A stretch of DNA of 59,445 nt, counting the filler, from Sphacelaria rigidula (lineage: Eukaryota), in assembly GCA_964200075.2 (NCBI GenBank). It is 10 parts of 10 records of this genome, joined end to end, with 100 filler letters (N's around TTAATTAATTAA, not from the genome) between each part and the next. Parts side by side here need not be neighbours in the genome. Positions count along the whole stretch, not along the records: positions 35,730 to 41,583 come from CAXNAA020023954.1; positions 41,684 to 47,537 come from CAXNAA020023955.1; positions 47,638 to 53,491 come from CAXNAA020023956.1; 7 more parts are not named here. One strand, 5' to 3'. The position numbers and the translations under genes were made by a program. The notes below the pieces were generated by a model, which was not told the origin of the DNA, did no database searches, and worked only from the letters and a program-made list of their open reading frames with translations. This document shows positions 37,956 to 50,512 of the stretch, in pieces (within the stretch, counting starts at the first letter, position 1; each line of letters starts with the position of its first letter).

Positions 37956-38583
37956 TAGTGTAATAGGATGTCTTCTGCAGGGCTTTTCCTGGCCAGGTGT
38001 GGTGCCCTCAACCCTCACGTTGTTACCCCTCTGCTGCCAGTGCTGAGAACTTGGTGGCAAATATCGTCGACCACCCTACTTGCCATCATCCCTCCCGTGG
38101 GGTTATATCCCTTGATGTCGGTCCACCCACACGACATGCTATCACTACTAGGGGCGCAAGACTGGAATACTTCGCAGCACGCGGTAGAAGATGGACATGG
38201 TCGTATCGGAGATGTGCTCACAGGTCTCACTCAGATTTCTTGTATGAACACACACCGTAGCAAGTGATGGACTGCTGTGATCCGTCGTCCTTGCCTCGAT
38301 AGGGAGGCACAAGCTCCGTCGTAGCCGTAAACCGCGTATACCTCTTGTGTGAAATCCTCAAGAACAGGCATATCTGGCCATGGCAGAACAGACGGAGCAA
38401 ACGGCCGGCTTTGAGAACCAAGAAGTCCTTTTCTACCGAGCGGAGTGGTTTATCGACCGGGCGCTGTCTTCCCGCTCGAGGTTGCCGCTCTCTCGCCTTG
38501 TTAAGGGTGACATCATGATTCTCCGGGGGAAGCCTCAGGTATGCGCGGATTTACCGGAAAAATCTCAACCGAGATTCTGGATA

Positions 38584-39878
38584 CACACGTGGACAGATAG
38601 CACCCTGTGGGGCACGTCTGCAGGGTTCAGGGAAACTGTGCAGTGTTTCTCGCGGGGACTAGGCTGTAGTTTTCGTTTTCACGCCGCACAGTACGCTTCA
38701 CAGGGTTTCGTCACCCCGAATACTGCTCATTGTTAATATGCTGTACAGTGTTTACAGCGCACATACAATATACTCCACCATATGTACAGCATGGGTATGG
38801 TACTGGCAGAAAAAAACGGTGGGAAAATGGCAGCGGTAGGTATTGATGTTCCGCTTTCGTGCTCGGAAGAACGACGTGGTATCTATTAAACCACCCTATT
38901 CTTTGTTATCTCCCACCACATTCTTGTGCTTTTAATCAATATCAAGCAAAAACCTCCATAAACAAGAGCATGATTGATTAAGTGACTTTTTCTAAACATG
39001 GTTCATGTTGGTAGACTCTGGACCACGCTTTTTTTATGAACGATGTTCATTCATATGCGAGGTACATACTTTGAAACTGGCATCTTTACCACGCCTGCAG
39101 CAGAAGCGTCGCTTCGAAGCACAGGCGTGTAGACATAAACTCGTAAGCAGTGTGTCGGGTCTCTATTCAGCAGAAGCTGTTGAGAATTCATCCTTTCCCA
39201 ATCTGTGCATGAACTGGGGGGCAAGAGGATAAATTATTTTCAACATTTTTTTCTGCGTGTCGGATCCCACACGCTGGTAACGGTGTAGTATGCGGGATAT
39301 GCCCAGTTGATGCTGTTCGCAATAACTATCTTTTTGCCCAATCTCCGAATGAATTGGAGGGGAAATTGAAAATTTATCTCGAGCTTCTTCTGCTGTTCAA
39401 GTTCCAAATCTGCCAGTGTGCATGGGATTTGTGCGGCGGAAAACGCTGTTCGAAATAAATCCTTGTTTTGCCCAAATAAATTGGGCGAGAAAAGGATCTA
39501 TTTTGAATAGCTTCTCCTGCTGTCCGAAATAAATTCCTCTTTGCTCGATTTGAATCTCCTGCTGTCCGAGACAAATTCCTTTTTGCCCGATTTTGATATT
39601 CAAATCGGGCAAAATAGAATTTGTCTCGGACAGCAGGAGAAGTTATTTAAAAAAAAAATCACAGATCTCGTACCAAAATAATTTTGAATTGAAACAAAAA
39701 TGGAATTTTCAAAACTGGGAGGGGGCCTCTCCACAGGGTTGCTTGCAGGGTTTCGACAAAAACGCTACGATAGGTACAGATTTGCGTTTTCACTGTCAGG
39801 GTTTTTCGCAAAGACTGTGGAGGACCCTGTATGGACCCTGCACAGTACGCCCCACAGGGTCTTATCTGTCTACGTGTG
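38584..39878. mobile_element. Possible non-autonomous TIR element with CACACGT termini
   Basis: CACACGTGGACAGATAGCACCCTGTGGGG at 38584 and its inverse ending at 39878; CAGGGT subterminal repeats; no TSD found. Confidence 0.5.
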
Positions 39879-40900
39879 CTTCTTCGCGGCCTCTGCCTCG
39901 ACTTTTTCTGCCCCCGCAATTTCCTGCTGTTGACTTGCCTGCTACAAGTTGTCGCCAGCCACCACCGCTGTGCCACTTCTGTCGCCGTCACCCGCACCAG
40001 CATCCACGGTTTCAGCGCCAGATACCCTCCCGGTATCTCCACTGTTAACATGAGCTGCACACGTGGACAGATAGCACCCTGTGGGGCGCACTGTGCAGGG
40101 TCCGTACAGGGTCCTCCACAGTCTTTGTGAAAAAACCCTGACAGTGAAATGCAAAATCTGTACCCGTGGCAGTGTTTTGATAGGGATTTCCCCAGGGTTG
40201 GATTTGCAGTCCTGTGTAGGCACGTCGGCAAAGCCCTGCACAGTCATGTGGTAGTGTTTTGGTGAAAAAACCTCAAGTGTTTTTTTTCCGAAAATTCCAA
40301 ATATTTTGGTACAAAATCTGTGAATTTATATATCTTCAATACCTTGTTCTCCTGTCCGAGGTAAATTCCTCTTTACCCGATTTGAGTCGAGCGAAATCGA
40401 ATTTATTTTGGACAGCAGGTCAAGCTAGATCCAAAACAGATCCTTTTCTCGCCCGATTAATTTCGGCAAAGGAAAGGATTTATTTAGAAGAGCAGAAGAA
40501 GCTGTCCAAGATCGATCCATTTTTCGCCCACTTTCGAGATGAGCGAAAAAGGATCTAACTCGAACAGCTTCTTTTGCTGCGCAAATCCTATGCACACTGG
40601 CAGATTCAGAATTTGACCGGCAGAAGAAGCTCGAAATGAATATTGACTTTTCCCTCCCATTCATACAGAGATTGGGGGAAACGAAATTCATGGCGAGCAG
40701 CGTTAGCTGCTGGGCAAATCCCGCATACTGCATCGTTACCGGTGCATGGGATCCGACACGCAGAAAAAGTTGCTGAAAGGTATTAATCCATTTGCCCCCG
40801 AGTTCCTGTATACATGGGTTGAAGGATGAGTAGCTCTCTACCGCTTTCGCTGAACCGAGATCCCACACGTTGGATACGTGGGTATGTCCACACCTGTGTT
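39118..40900. repeat. Long inverted repeat: ~760/840-bp arms (39118-39878, 40058-40900), 179-bp spacer
   Basis: For example TTTTCTGCGTGTCGGATCCCA vs TGGGATCCGACACGCAGAAAA, and AAAGACTGTGGAGGACCCTGTA vs TACAGGGTCCTCCACAGTCTTT. Confidence 0.9.
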
Positions 40901-41583
40901 TCGTGTGGAGCCCCTGGGAAGGTGGGGATATGCCGAACGATTGGATATACCTCGTGAAACTATGTACATTTCCCCCCAAACCCCGTTTTCCATTGTCTAC
41001 CAACACGAACCATGTTTAGAAAATATCACTTATAATAAATCGTATATGAATAGTATGGACCACCTCTCCGTGTATTTATCAGAGCAAACAAATCGAATAT
41101 CACCAAAAGCACCCGCCCGCACAACGGTGTTATTATTCCGCCCAGCTATACGACCACAACCCCGCAACAAAGAGCACGGGTTGGGCACAGGGATATAGAC
41201 ACATACACGCACTGCCGTGCGGCGCGGGTGGATATGATGTATTTCTCGTTGGTGGAAACTTGACCACCTACTTCTTTCATGGTCGCGACATCGCGCGGTG
41301 ACGACATTGCGGGGTGCGTATACATATATATATATACAGCAGGCACGGGTGCGAAGAACAACAATCAACCGGCCGCCTATGGTACAAGTGTGCATATTAT
41401 ACACATACTCACCATCATATTATGCATGCTGCGGATCGCGGACGCACCGCGATATGACATATACTGTAGTGCAGCATATACAGGCCGCGCGTATACGATA
41501 TGCTGCACGTTGTTCAAGTCCTTTTCACGTCGCACTGTAGGTAGAGAACATACATATACACATTGTCCTGCGCTGTCTGTACT

Positions 41584-41683
41584 NNNNNNNNNNNNNNNNN
41601 NNNNNNNNNNNNNNNNNNNNNNNNNNNTTAATTAATTAANNNNNNNNNNNNNNNNNNNNNNNNNNNNNNNNNNNNNNNNNNNN
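41584..41683. other. Artificial contig linker 7
   Basis: Same 100-bp spacer. Confidence 0.99.
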
Positions 41684-42182
41684 AGGCAAAAGTAAGAGAT
41701 ATAATAGAAACAAGGAAAAAGGAGCGCTCAGACGCAACATAGATGAGGAAGAACACCTGGAGATATACGGGTGGTTGAGAGAAGGGATCGGAATGAAAGC
41801 ATATTTGCGTGGCCCAATGGACGCTGCGAAAAACATGAAACTGCGATTTTGGGTGGGGGACTTGGACCTGCCAGAGAGAAGAAAGAGATTGTGGCAAAGC
41901 AATAGAGAGCATAAGCCATAATATAGTAATCGTTTGATGCATTGGACAGTAGGGAGAAAACGATGGCTATACTAGGGGTTAGATGGTAGCCAGAGACGGC
42001 GAAGCAAGACGGGGGTAAGACATGTAAAAGGTTCTTGTGTAATGTATGAAAGAAATGTAATGAGCGCCGGAATGTTGAAGGTGTCTCTCTTAGAAGTAGA
42101 AACGGTGCTCCGTCTCGAAAGGGATGCATGGTCAATGGTCAAACGACTAAGGCAAGCAACAAATGAGTACGCCCCTCCCCCC
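41684..42182 (+). mobile_element. LINE type C 3' region with an internal deletion
   Basis: Homologous to the reverse complement of 28040-28870; ends GAGTACGCCCCTCCCCC. Confidence 0.92.
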
Positions 42183-42329
42183 ATCCATTGCAATGCAGTG
42201 CTTCGAATGCTAACACACATGTCGGTATCTCGTATTACAATACGCCCACCCCACTTTCACGCCGATGAGTCCTGCGTACCCACAACCTCTCCGCCTGACG
42301 CAGGGATAAGGCCGTGTCTTGGCACATCA

Positions 42330-42476
42330 CTTTTCGATCGAAAATGTGCGGTGGAAAACAAACCCCGGATCTGATAGGTCGTGATTCCAACCATCTTCAA
42401 TATAAACGACGATGGTTGAAATCACGACCGATCGGATCGGAGTTTTTCCTTTCCCACCGAACATTTTCGATCGAAC
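42330..42476. repeat. ~150-bp imperfect palindrome
   Basis: TTCGATCGAAAATGTGCGGTGG..GGTCGTGATTCCAACCATC / GATGGTTGAAATCACGACC..CCACCGAACATTTTCGATCGAA with a 15-nt loop. Confidence 0.85.
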
Positions 42477-43261
42477 AAAAAAGTAACACACGCCCTAATA
42501 ATGTGCGCAATAATCGAGAGACGAACCAAAGGAGAAAACGTGAAGAAGGACGGAAAAGGAGAGATTCCCCGGCCTTTATCGAGCCAAAAATGGGAATGGG
42601 GCTGTGAGAGTGAGGATGGGACTGACGGTTCAACACTTTTTGTCCTTCTGATCGATGGAGGGTTTAATTCCATAATCATTGCCCTCACAATCACTCTCAT
42701 GAAGATTCAATTTTGCGTTCATATTTGTGAAGACCGGCGAATAATCCGATGATGATGTGAAAGGGAACGGTAAGCGGTTGCCCAGAAGGCCGCAGAAGCC
42801 TTTTTTTGTTACTAGTGTGCTGGCAGCGGGACAGTTTGGGTGTGATGCACTGATGTTTCCGCGTGCGTGTTGTCACCTTTTCATTTTCATAATCTATTAG
42901 AATATGTTGACAGTCGAGAGGAAAGGCGGTTGTTTTGTCGTGACTACTTCGTGTGTGGGGGGTTTCGGACTGTCATTCCCTCAGTCTCAGACTCAGACTC
43001 AGACTCAGTCTCCTTCTTACTTACGGTGTCGTTCTCGTTTTATCTTCCGTCAAGACGGGACGTATGAAAATAAAGAGTTTTTCTTCATTCATTTTTGCTG
43101 CGTCTGCTGTCTGTGACGGTACCTACTCCCGCCGTCCATGAAGGCATGACGCAACACAGTCGCTTTCCCTATATTTCTTTCCTTGACTTTACTCTTTCTC
43201 AAGTTTCTTCGGCGGGTGTTGTTCCGCTTAGTTTACCTTGAACAGCCGATTATCCATTTTC

Positions 43262-43535
43262 AGGACGGAGCTTTTCATTGAGGATGAAAACCCGACAACA
43301 ATAATCTTCGCATCCACACCAATTTTTCGAGATATAATAGTTCCATTCCTTCATCTACTGGTAGCTACTGACAACTGCTACACGCTGTACAAACTTGACT
43401 TCTGATTCCCGAATTTCGGGGGTCCTAGGCCAAGAAGAAAAAAATGGGGATTATGTGATCCGGCCTCGAAGAATTGGTGTGGATGCGAAGATTCTGATTT
43501 CCCAGATTTTCATCCTCAATGAAAAGCTCCATCCT
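43262..43535. repeat. Short inverted-repeat pair (MITE-like)
   Basis: AGGACGGAGCTTTTCATTGAGGATGAAAA vs TTTTCATCCTCAATGAAAAGCTCCATCCT. Confidence 0.7.
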
Positions 43536-44551
43536 CAATATCGATGACCGACTGTTCTTGGTTGGGTACTTTCGTGCGACCACCTTTAGTTTGAATAAAC
43601 CAATACATTCATAATGCATGACGATTACTCACTAAAACAACCAAATCTCAAGGTCAAGAACTTCAGCCGCCAACCACTCACACAAACACCCCTCAAACCA
43701 AATTTGAGTTGGCAGGATAGGGAGCCTAACCTTCGAGTAGCTGCGAAGCTGGCACTACGTCAATGAGCAGTTTTGACTGTACAAACCCTGCTGTCTAATG
43801 CAAACCCTGCGTTCCAAAGGAGAGCTGGTATAGTAAGAGTCAGTTGAGGGCAGGGCACTCCAAACTACCCTGGCTGACACTCGATGCGAGCTTGCCATGG
43901 TGCGGTTCAAGGCGGAAGAACGACATGCACTTGGTCGGTTTCGGACTTCTTGGCAGGCGGGCCCAATTAAGTTGATTTTCCCCGATGCTTAAGCCATGCA
44001 ACTTGCGACTTGGTTAGGTGTACTGCTGACTGTAGTATGAAAATGCCGTGAGCTGTGACAAGCGGCGATGGGGACAAGGTACTAGGGATTGCTCTGGCCT
44101 GACATTGGTCGTCACGGCCGAATGGACGTATTTATTATGCTTGACACTAACAAAATGTAGCATTTCGACTCCTCCGAGTTAGCCCGTCCCGTTATCTAAC
44201 TTACGAGTTGGTTGAGTGCCCTCAGGCATACGTTCATGGAAAACGTCGCAAGGCTTGCCAAGGAAATATGGGGACTGACTGTACTTGCGACGAACCAGGG
44301 ATAACATCTGGTACGAGCTTACCGTGTTGGTTCGTCAAGGCCGAACGGCATTAGATATATCCTTACTTGAATGGTAGTTGACTTTTGTATGCCGGCCTTC
44401 TTTAGATAACCGAACACAGCGAGCAACTCGCGACTTGGAGCAGTGACTTGCGCCATACACAGAAGGATCTTAAGCTATACCGGGCGACGATGGATGCGGG
44501 CTACTCAAGAAGAACCTGCCTGATATCCGGTATGAGCTTACCGTGATATTA

Positions 44552-44604
44552 GCGAGGTCAATGGTCTTATGACTATGGCATGCATGATCATGAGTATACC
44601 CCCC
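44552..44604 (+). mobile_element. Retroposon 3' end, type B
   Basis: Matches 7920-7973. Confidence 0.85.
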
Positions 44605-44612
44605 AAATCAGC

Positions 44613-44899
44613 AGGAGGGAATGCGGGACGTGAACGAAGGTGGCATGATATCGTTTGATGCATTAGACAGTAGGGAGAAAACAATAGCTATACTAGGGAA
44701 TAGATGGTGGCCAGAGACGGCGAAACAGGACGGGGATAAGATACGGAAAAGGTTCTTGTGTAATGTATGAAAGAGAGGTAATGGGTGCCGGGATGTTGGA
44801 GGTGTCTCTACTTGGAGTAGGAACGGTGCTTCATCTCGGAAGGGATGCGTGGTCAATGGTCACACGACTAAGGCAAGCAACAAATGAGTACCCCCCCCC
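44613..44899 (+). mobile_element. 5'-truncated LINE type C with 14-bp TSD
   Basis: Flanked by CCCCCCAAATCAGC (44599-44612) and CCCCCCAAACCAGC (44894-44907). Confidence 0.9.
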
Positions 44900-44936
44900 A
44901 AACCAGCCCCAAACTGTCACGACAAAAATGGTCATA

Positions 44937-46439
44937 CAGGCTGGTTCACGGAAAAAAACCCCAGAACACTCATCGGCAAAACTTCACACCGCTTTACGGA
45001 GTTAGACCCTGAAATTATGCACAGATATTCTATGGGTCAGTACGAAATTTTGTATGGACGAGATATTTTTGACTTCTCGACTTGTTTCACCGTTTTTCCG
45101 GGGTCCCAGTTTTTTCGGGAAAACTTCGATGCAGTCGGACCCCCGTAACACGGTAAAAAAAAACTCTCGTCCGTACAGAGTTGCGTACTGACCCATAGAA
45201 CACCCGTGCAAAATTTCAGGGTCTAACTCCTTGAAACGGCGTGAAGTTTTTCGCGTTCGTGCAATGAACCTTGCAGTGCCACGGTGAAACAGCAACCTAC
45301 TAGATTTTAGCATGAAAACGGCGTTCTCGGGCGTTTTTCGACGTGAACATGAAAATTCAAGCACCAGTTGATCGAGTTTGGCCACAAAACTTTGTGGGGT
45401 TCTTTCTTGGGTTTTGCGGCGGCAGAGCGTTCGCGAAAAAAATGAGAACAGATGCTGCAGTGCCGGTTTTCCGGGGTCCTACAATGGATGACTTCAGAGA
45501 AACGACTTGGACCCCGTCGGACCTCCGAAAAACGGTATAGACTTCAAGAATTACAAAAACCTCTTTGATCGAAACTTGCGAAATGATTCATAGCACATTT
45601 GTGCGAAGTTTCACGGTCTAACTCCACATAAATGCGTGAAGATTTGCGCGTTTGTGCGAGGATATGAGCTTAAAACGTGCAAAATCCTAACTACTTGGTT
45701 TGAGTATGAAAACATCTTTTAGGGTGAATTTTACGTCAAGGCAGGAAAAATTGTATGAGATTTTCGAGTTTCTCCGCCAAAAAGTGTAGATGGGTTCCTT
45801 GGACCATCCTGGGACGCATCATGTTATTCTTTTTCTTTTGAGTCATTCGGTACCGCCTTTCGGGGACTGGGACCCCCGGAAGTCGGTAGAGAACGGAGAA
45901 ATTTTGAACCCTTGCCATGAACACAATTTTCCCATTTGGAGCATCAATACCTACGGAACTGCCAAGCTTGAGGATGATCTGAGCTTTTCTTCAACAGATA
46001 TTGGGGATACCGTCACGAGGCTCCCTGGATCTTTCCTGTGTATCATGAGTGGAAATTAGACGTCGCCAAACTCCACATCACCGAAACGTCACGGTTTCGG
46101 GGATAATCCAACCCCGTTGGAACCGTTTTCAAATCCTATTCTCCCGTTAGATTCTTGAGGTGATGACGGTCACTATGATTCGAAGCATGTGGAGATTCTG
46201 TGGAAATTGAGATTGGAATTCGTATTTTCAATTTCGGAACACTTTTAAAGGCGCTGATTGGTCGAGCCACAGTTTTGTCCATAGCGCCACCGCTATAGCC
46301 TTGAAAAATATCCGGCTATGTCACCCTCTTCGTCTGTTCATCGCGGTCAGTATGATACCATGTATGCGACTATTGGGTGCGTATTGCAGAAGGCATTTGC
46401 TGATGACAGAATTTGTTTTTATCTCCGTGAATCAGCCTG
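44937..46439. mobile_element. 1.5-kb non-autonomous TIR element (Tc1/mariner-like) inserted in MITE A
   Basis: TIR CAGGCTGGTTCACGGA / TCCGTGAATCAGCCTG; inserted at the TA of MITE A's GGTCATACAGCGCC (right flank CA); internal ~70-bp repeats at 44978 (inverted), 45200 and 45595. Confidence 0.85.
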
Positions 46440-46629
46440 CACAAGCGCCTGATGTTTGGGTTCAGGCTGCATGAAGCGCCTCATATGGGCGACACTGGCG
46501 AAAACGAATACAAGCGAAGGAATTCCCAGCTACTCGTTGTGCTCGGCTCTTCCCCTTTCGATTTACTCGCAGGTTTTTCCCCCCAAACCAGCCACTTTTT
46601 GGAGGGGGAGGGCTATCGTAGAAAGTGTC
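46440..46629 (+). mobile_element. MITE family A, right part (left part 44894-44936)
   Basis: Resumes CAAGCGCCTGATGTTTGGGTTCAGG and ends GGGCTATCGTAGAAAGTGTC. Confidence 0.9.
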
Positions 46630-47466
46630 ACGAACAGGGGGTACTGAAAAATGTGGTCTAGTCTGAGAATGAGGTCTTGTGTGAAAATGGGGTTGAAGCC
46701 GCCTTCCGAAAAGTCACATTTTCCCCGAAGCAGTTTTGCAAAACGAAAGCGCTTGCGGATCTTTTGTTTTTGTTGCTGTGGCGCAGGTTAGGTGCACCTA
46801 ATGAAAGCGGTGTATACGTGTGTCGATAATGATACCACCGGAGGAACAATTGCGGAGAGGAAGCTCCTCGCCCGTGTCCTTTGTGTGTCGTCGTTTGACG
46901 ATTCCCCATCAGTCGAGAGATTGCCATCATGTTTATCAGTACATATCCAATTGCCATCGTCGGCACAAGAACGGCAGGCGGTTCGCTGTGCAGCCCCCCA
47001 AAGAAGGTCCGCGTGCCCAAGGTTGCCGCATCATGGCTGATATAATCGTCTCTTGTCTGTGGCGCTGGCCAACAAGGATCGATTCCTCTCTGCACCCTTT
47101 TCCGGACAGCACGTGCCTCTGCACGCTACAGAACGCGTTATCGACAAGCAGGGCGATGTTCCCGTCGCCGCTGCTGTTCTCTCACACACATGTGCAAGCA
47201 AGGACGGTTGCGGCAAGATGCAATCGCGTATTAGGGGTTGTAATTATTATCGTCGTTGGTATTGCCCGGTGAGTAGCACAAGGACAAGAGTCGTGTACAT
47301 CCCAGTTGGGGGATGTATGAGACATCAAACACTCGTGGAGACCTTCTCGGCATACGAAGTGAAACAAGATACCTGAGGTGACTCAGCTGTTGCTGGCGTG
47401 ATCCATATGGGCGCTGGAACACTGTAATATATAAGCTATTCTCTGATTTGCAATGATCGGCCGCGT

Positions 47467-47537
47467 GGGTACTCATGATCATGCATGCCATAGTTATCAG
47501 ACCATCGACCTCGCATCCCTACAATGCCGGGACGGAG
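47467..47537 (-). mobile_element. Retroposon 3' end, type B
   Basis: Reverse complement of 7897-7969; cut by the contig end. Confidence 0.85.
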
Positions 47538-47637
47538 NNNNNNNNNNNNNNNNNNNNNNNNNNNNNNNNNNNNNNNNNNNNTTAATTAATTAANNNNNNN
47601 NNNNNNNNNNNNNNNNNNNNNNNNNNNNNNNNNNNNN
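47538..47637. other. Artificial contig linker 8
   Basis: Same 100-bp spacer. Confidence 0.99.
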
Positions 47638-47915
47638 CCTTCACCCTTCACCCTTCACCCTTCACCCTTCACCCTTCACCCTTCACCCTTCACCCTTCAC
47701 CCTTCACCCTTCACCCTTCACCCTTCACCCTTCATCCTTCATCCTTCACCCTTCATCCTTCATCCTTCACCCTTCATCCTTCACCCTTCACCCTTCACCC
47801 TTCATCCTTCATCCTTCATCCTTCATCCTTCATCCTTCATCCTTCATCCTTCATCCTTCATCCTTCATCCTTCATCCTTCATCCTTCATCCTTCATCCTT
47901 CATCCTTCACCCTTC
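47638..47915 (+). repeat. Heptamer tandem array (CCCTTCA)n grading into (TCCTTCA)n at contig start
   Basis: About 40 units read directly. Confidence 0.97.
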
Positions 47916-49989
47916 CCCTTTCCGAGATTCCTGTTCTCAAGCATTCCTGAAGATTCACCTTGAGGATATCCATCTTATGGTTACTCACGACTGCACTCGT
48001 AAGCGGGTCAATTAATGCTACAATAGTATACCACAGTGAACCAATCGGTAAATCAATCAATCAATCAATTGATCGATCACGTCTGCCTCGCTCTCGCAGC
48101 GTTCAAGAAAAAACTGCTACGGGGTCTGCTGGACCAATGATCGGATCCGGAACGCAAGCAGCGACAACGGTGAGATGTCGCCTATTTCTTACGGGTCTAT
48201 ACACCTGTAGAAGGATCGCTGCAACAAAGGCCCCCCTCCGCCCCCCTGCCCCTCCGACCCCTCGTTCGGGTGCTGATAGTTTACGGAGTACGTAACGGGG
48301 ATGATTGGTACCGTATGGAGAAGTCGGCCCCTCCCCTGTTGCGTCAACCTGCCACGACCAAGTGATTTCGATCATCCGTGAAGCAAGTAGAGTTGAACAT
48401 TTTCACAAGGGCAGACAACAATTTCAGGCCTACTCGGACGCCTTTCGGCCAGAAACAGCTCACGCTGTACTACCATAGTACAACACATCGGGACTTCCGG
48501 CCGCCTGGTTAACCGAAACAGCAGTGTACATGTGTTTGACGAAAAACGCCACAGGTAGACCTACTTCTTTCTTATCTTCACCCCAAACCTTTACGTAAAG
48601 TTCGACCTGTACAATGGCCTGGTCAAAATAATCTATGACGAAAATGTTTCCGCTCTCCAGCAGTGGTGAAAACGACGATGGCGGTACACTTCGAGCGTTT
48701 CCAACAAGGTACGCTCGCCAAACACCTGTAGTGGTCCAGCACCTGCACTGTAGGGCAAAACGCGTTCCGATGCCGGTCTCTGGACAAACTGCGTTCGACT
48801 CTTTGCGCCGAGGTTTGCCGGCCGGTGTTCGCCTACCTACTATACTTTGGTAGCAATAGAGACCTCGTGCATGGACAAGCAAACTCGGGCTCAAATAACG
48901 CTATCAGCCATCGAAGCATTCCTCTCATCACTACGCTGTTTTACGTTGGGCAGGTTATGACCTGTCGGACACAATGATATTGCATTCCAAACATGTTCTT
49001 CCGGTCAATACATTAAATGCGAGTGTAGGGTGTTCGACCCGTCGGAATTCCAGAGAATAGTATATCAGGGTTTGTTTGCTTTCGGAATATGTATCCAACG
49101 ACTAACTCGCCGGAATGTTGATCCTTTGACCGCCAGGATTGGTAATCAGGGTCACGCAGTAATTTTTCAAGTAAAAATGATGCTAATTCCATGAAGGGCT
49201 AAGAACATCACTCTCAATCGAATGCTATACTCTCAATCTCACGAAAATATTTCAATATATGCACGATCATACTCCACGGCGCACGGTAACCCCAACACGG
49301 CTGGAAAATATGCGGTAAGAGACTGCAGTGTCGTCGATGGCAAGAAAGTGCCTGTACAATGTGCACTGCGTTACGAAAGAACAGTACCGCAGCGCACACA
49401 CCACTACATCACAACACTCGCACATCTGCTTTGGCAAAACAGAACAGTACCAACCTCTTTCGCCCGCATGAAACCGTTTTCACGTCGGAATCGCACCAGA
49501 GCAAACCTTTGATGCTTCACTCACGACAACACTGTTCCGTGCTGTTGGGCTGTATAGCTGCTGAACTGACCAGTTGTGTAGTGGTGTTGGGCGAGCTAAG
49601 TGCAATAACCTGACGAACAATGAGACGGGTAGGGCGGTTGATGACCCAACGGGTGACACTACCGGCAGTGTGTTACGGTGCACAAAGCGCCGTCGTTGAC
49701 AACGCTACTGTCTTCTTACTGCAATTACTCTATTGACACTTTGGCAGTTTTCCGCCTGTTTTCCAGCCTCTCCAGGCGCACCGCACGTTGCATAGGTTTC
49801 CAGTGCATCGCTTCCAAGCGCTTGTCCGGCGTACTCGATTCTCCCCGGCGGTACTATTTGCGCCTGATTCTAATTGTCCGTGCATGTGGTCTTCATTGCA
49901 GCCAAACTCGGTGGCCGAACAGCCACCGGAGAAACTTGACACGAAGAGTTGCAGGGATGTAGCTTGTTCGGGAGACTTGCATTACCGTG

Positions 49990-50512
49990 GAACGTTCCTC
50001 TGGGATATTAATGTCCGTCGGGGATATGGACATCCTTGTGGGACATGGATGTCCATCTGAGATTTCCAGTTGGGATGTCCGTCGGGGGTGTCCATTGGGG
50101 ACACTCACGTGGGGCATCCGTCTAGGATGCCTATCTATATCCCAGATGGATGCCCATATCCCAGATGGATGTACATATAGCTAGATGGGCGTCCCACGTG
50201 GATCTGATATATCAGAGGTACATTTGTTTTTCCTCACACTTTGAACCCCTCCCCTTCCTCGGGATGAGTCCGTGATCTTAAGGGATGAGCCCATCCCTCC
50301 CCCGGTAAGCGCCTTTCATTTTGGTCTCACGGATGGGGTCAGCACTCCCGCACCGCGTCAACTCACGTCACACATACCCAGTCGACGGCTTTGTTTATTC
50401 ACGTTCTAGACCGATATCCATGTCCCAGTCCCAGATGGACAACCCAGGTTCACGATGGTATACCAGATGGATGTCGCAGATGGACATGATGTCTCAGAAG
50501 AACATCCCAGAT
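49990..50512. repeat. Cluster of CCCAGATGGA / GGGATGTCC short repeats, interrupted by a family F copy
   Basis: Repeated motifs in both orientations on either side of 50240-50410. Confidence 0.55.
50240..50410 (-). mobile_element. Family F repeat (body of the candidate SINE), uninterrupted copy
   Basis: Matches 11620-11735; beyond the G-run it matches 35897-35960. Confidence 0.75.

Noticed and set aside
38270..38400. OTU-like GYDGACASLSRQ on the minus strand
   Set aside because: Only loose resemblance, with no second motif.
44270..44551. Duplicated GGTAYGAGCTTACCGTG reading like Copia RT (RPDI.Y....LAR)
   Set aside because: Short and frameshifted; not enough to call.
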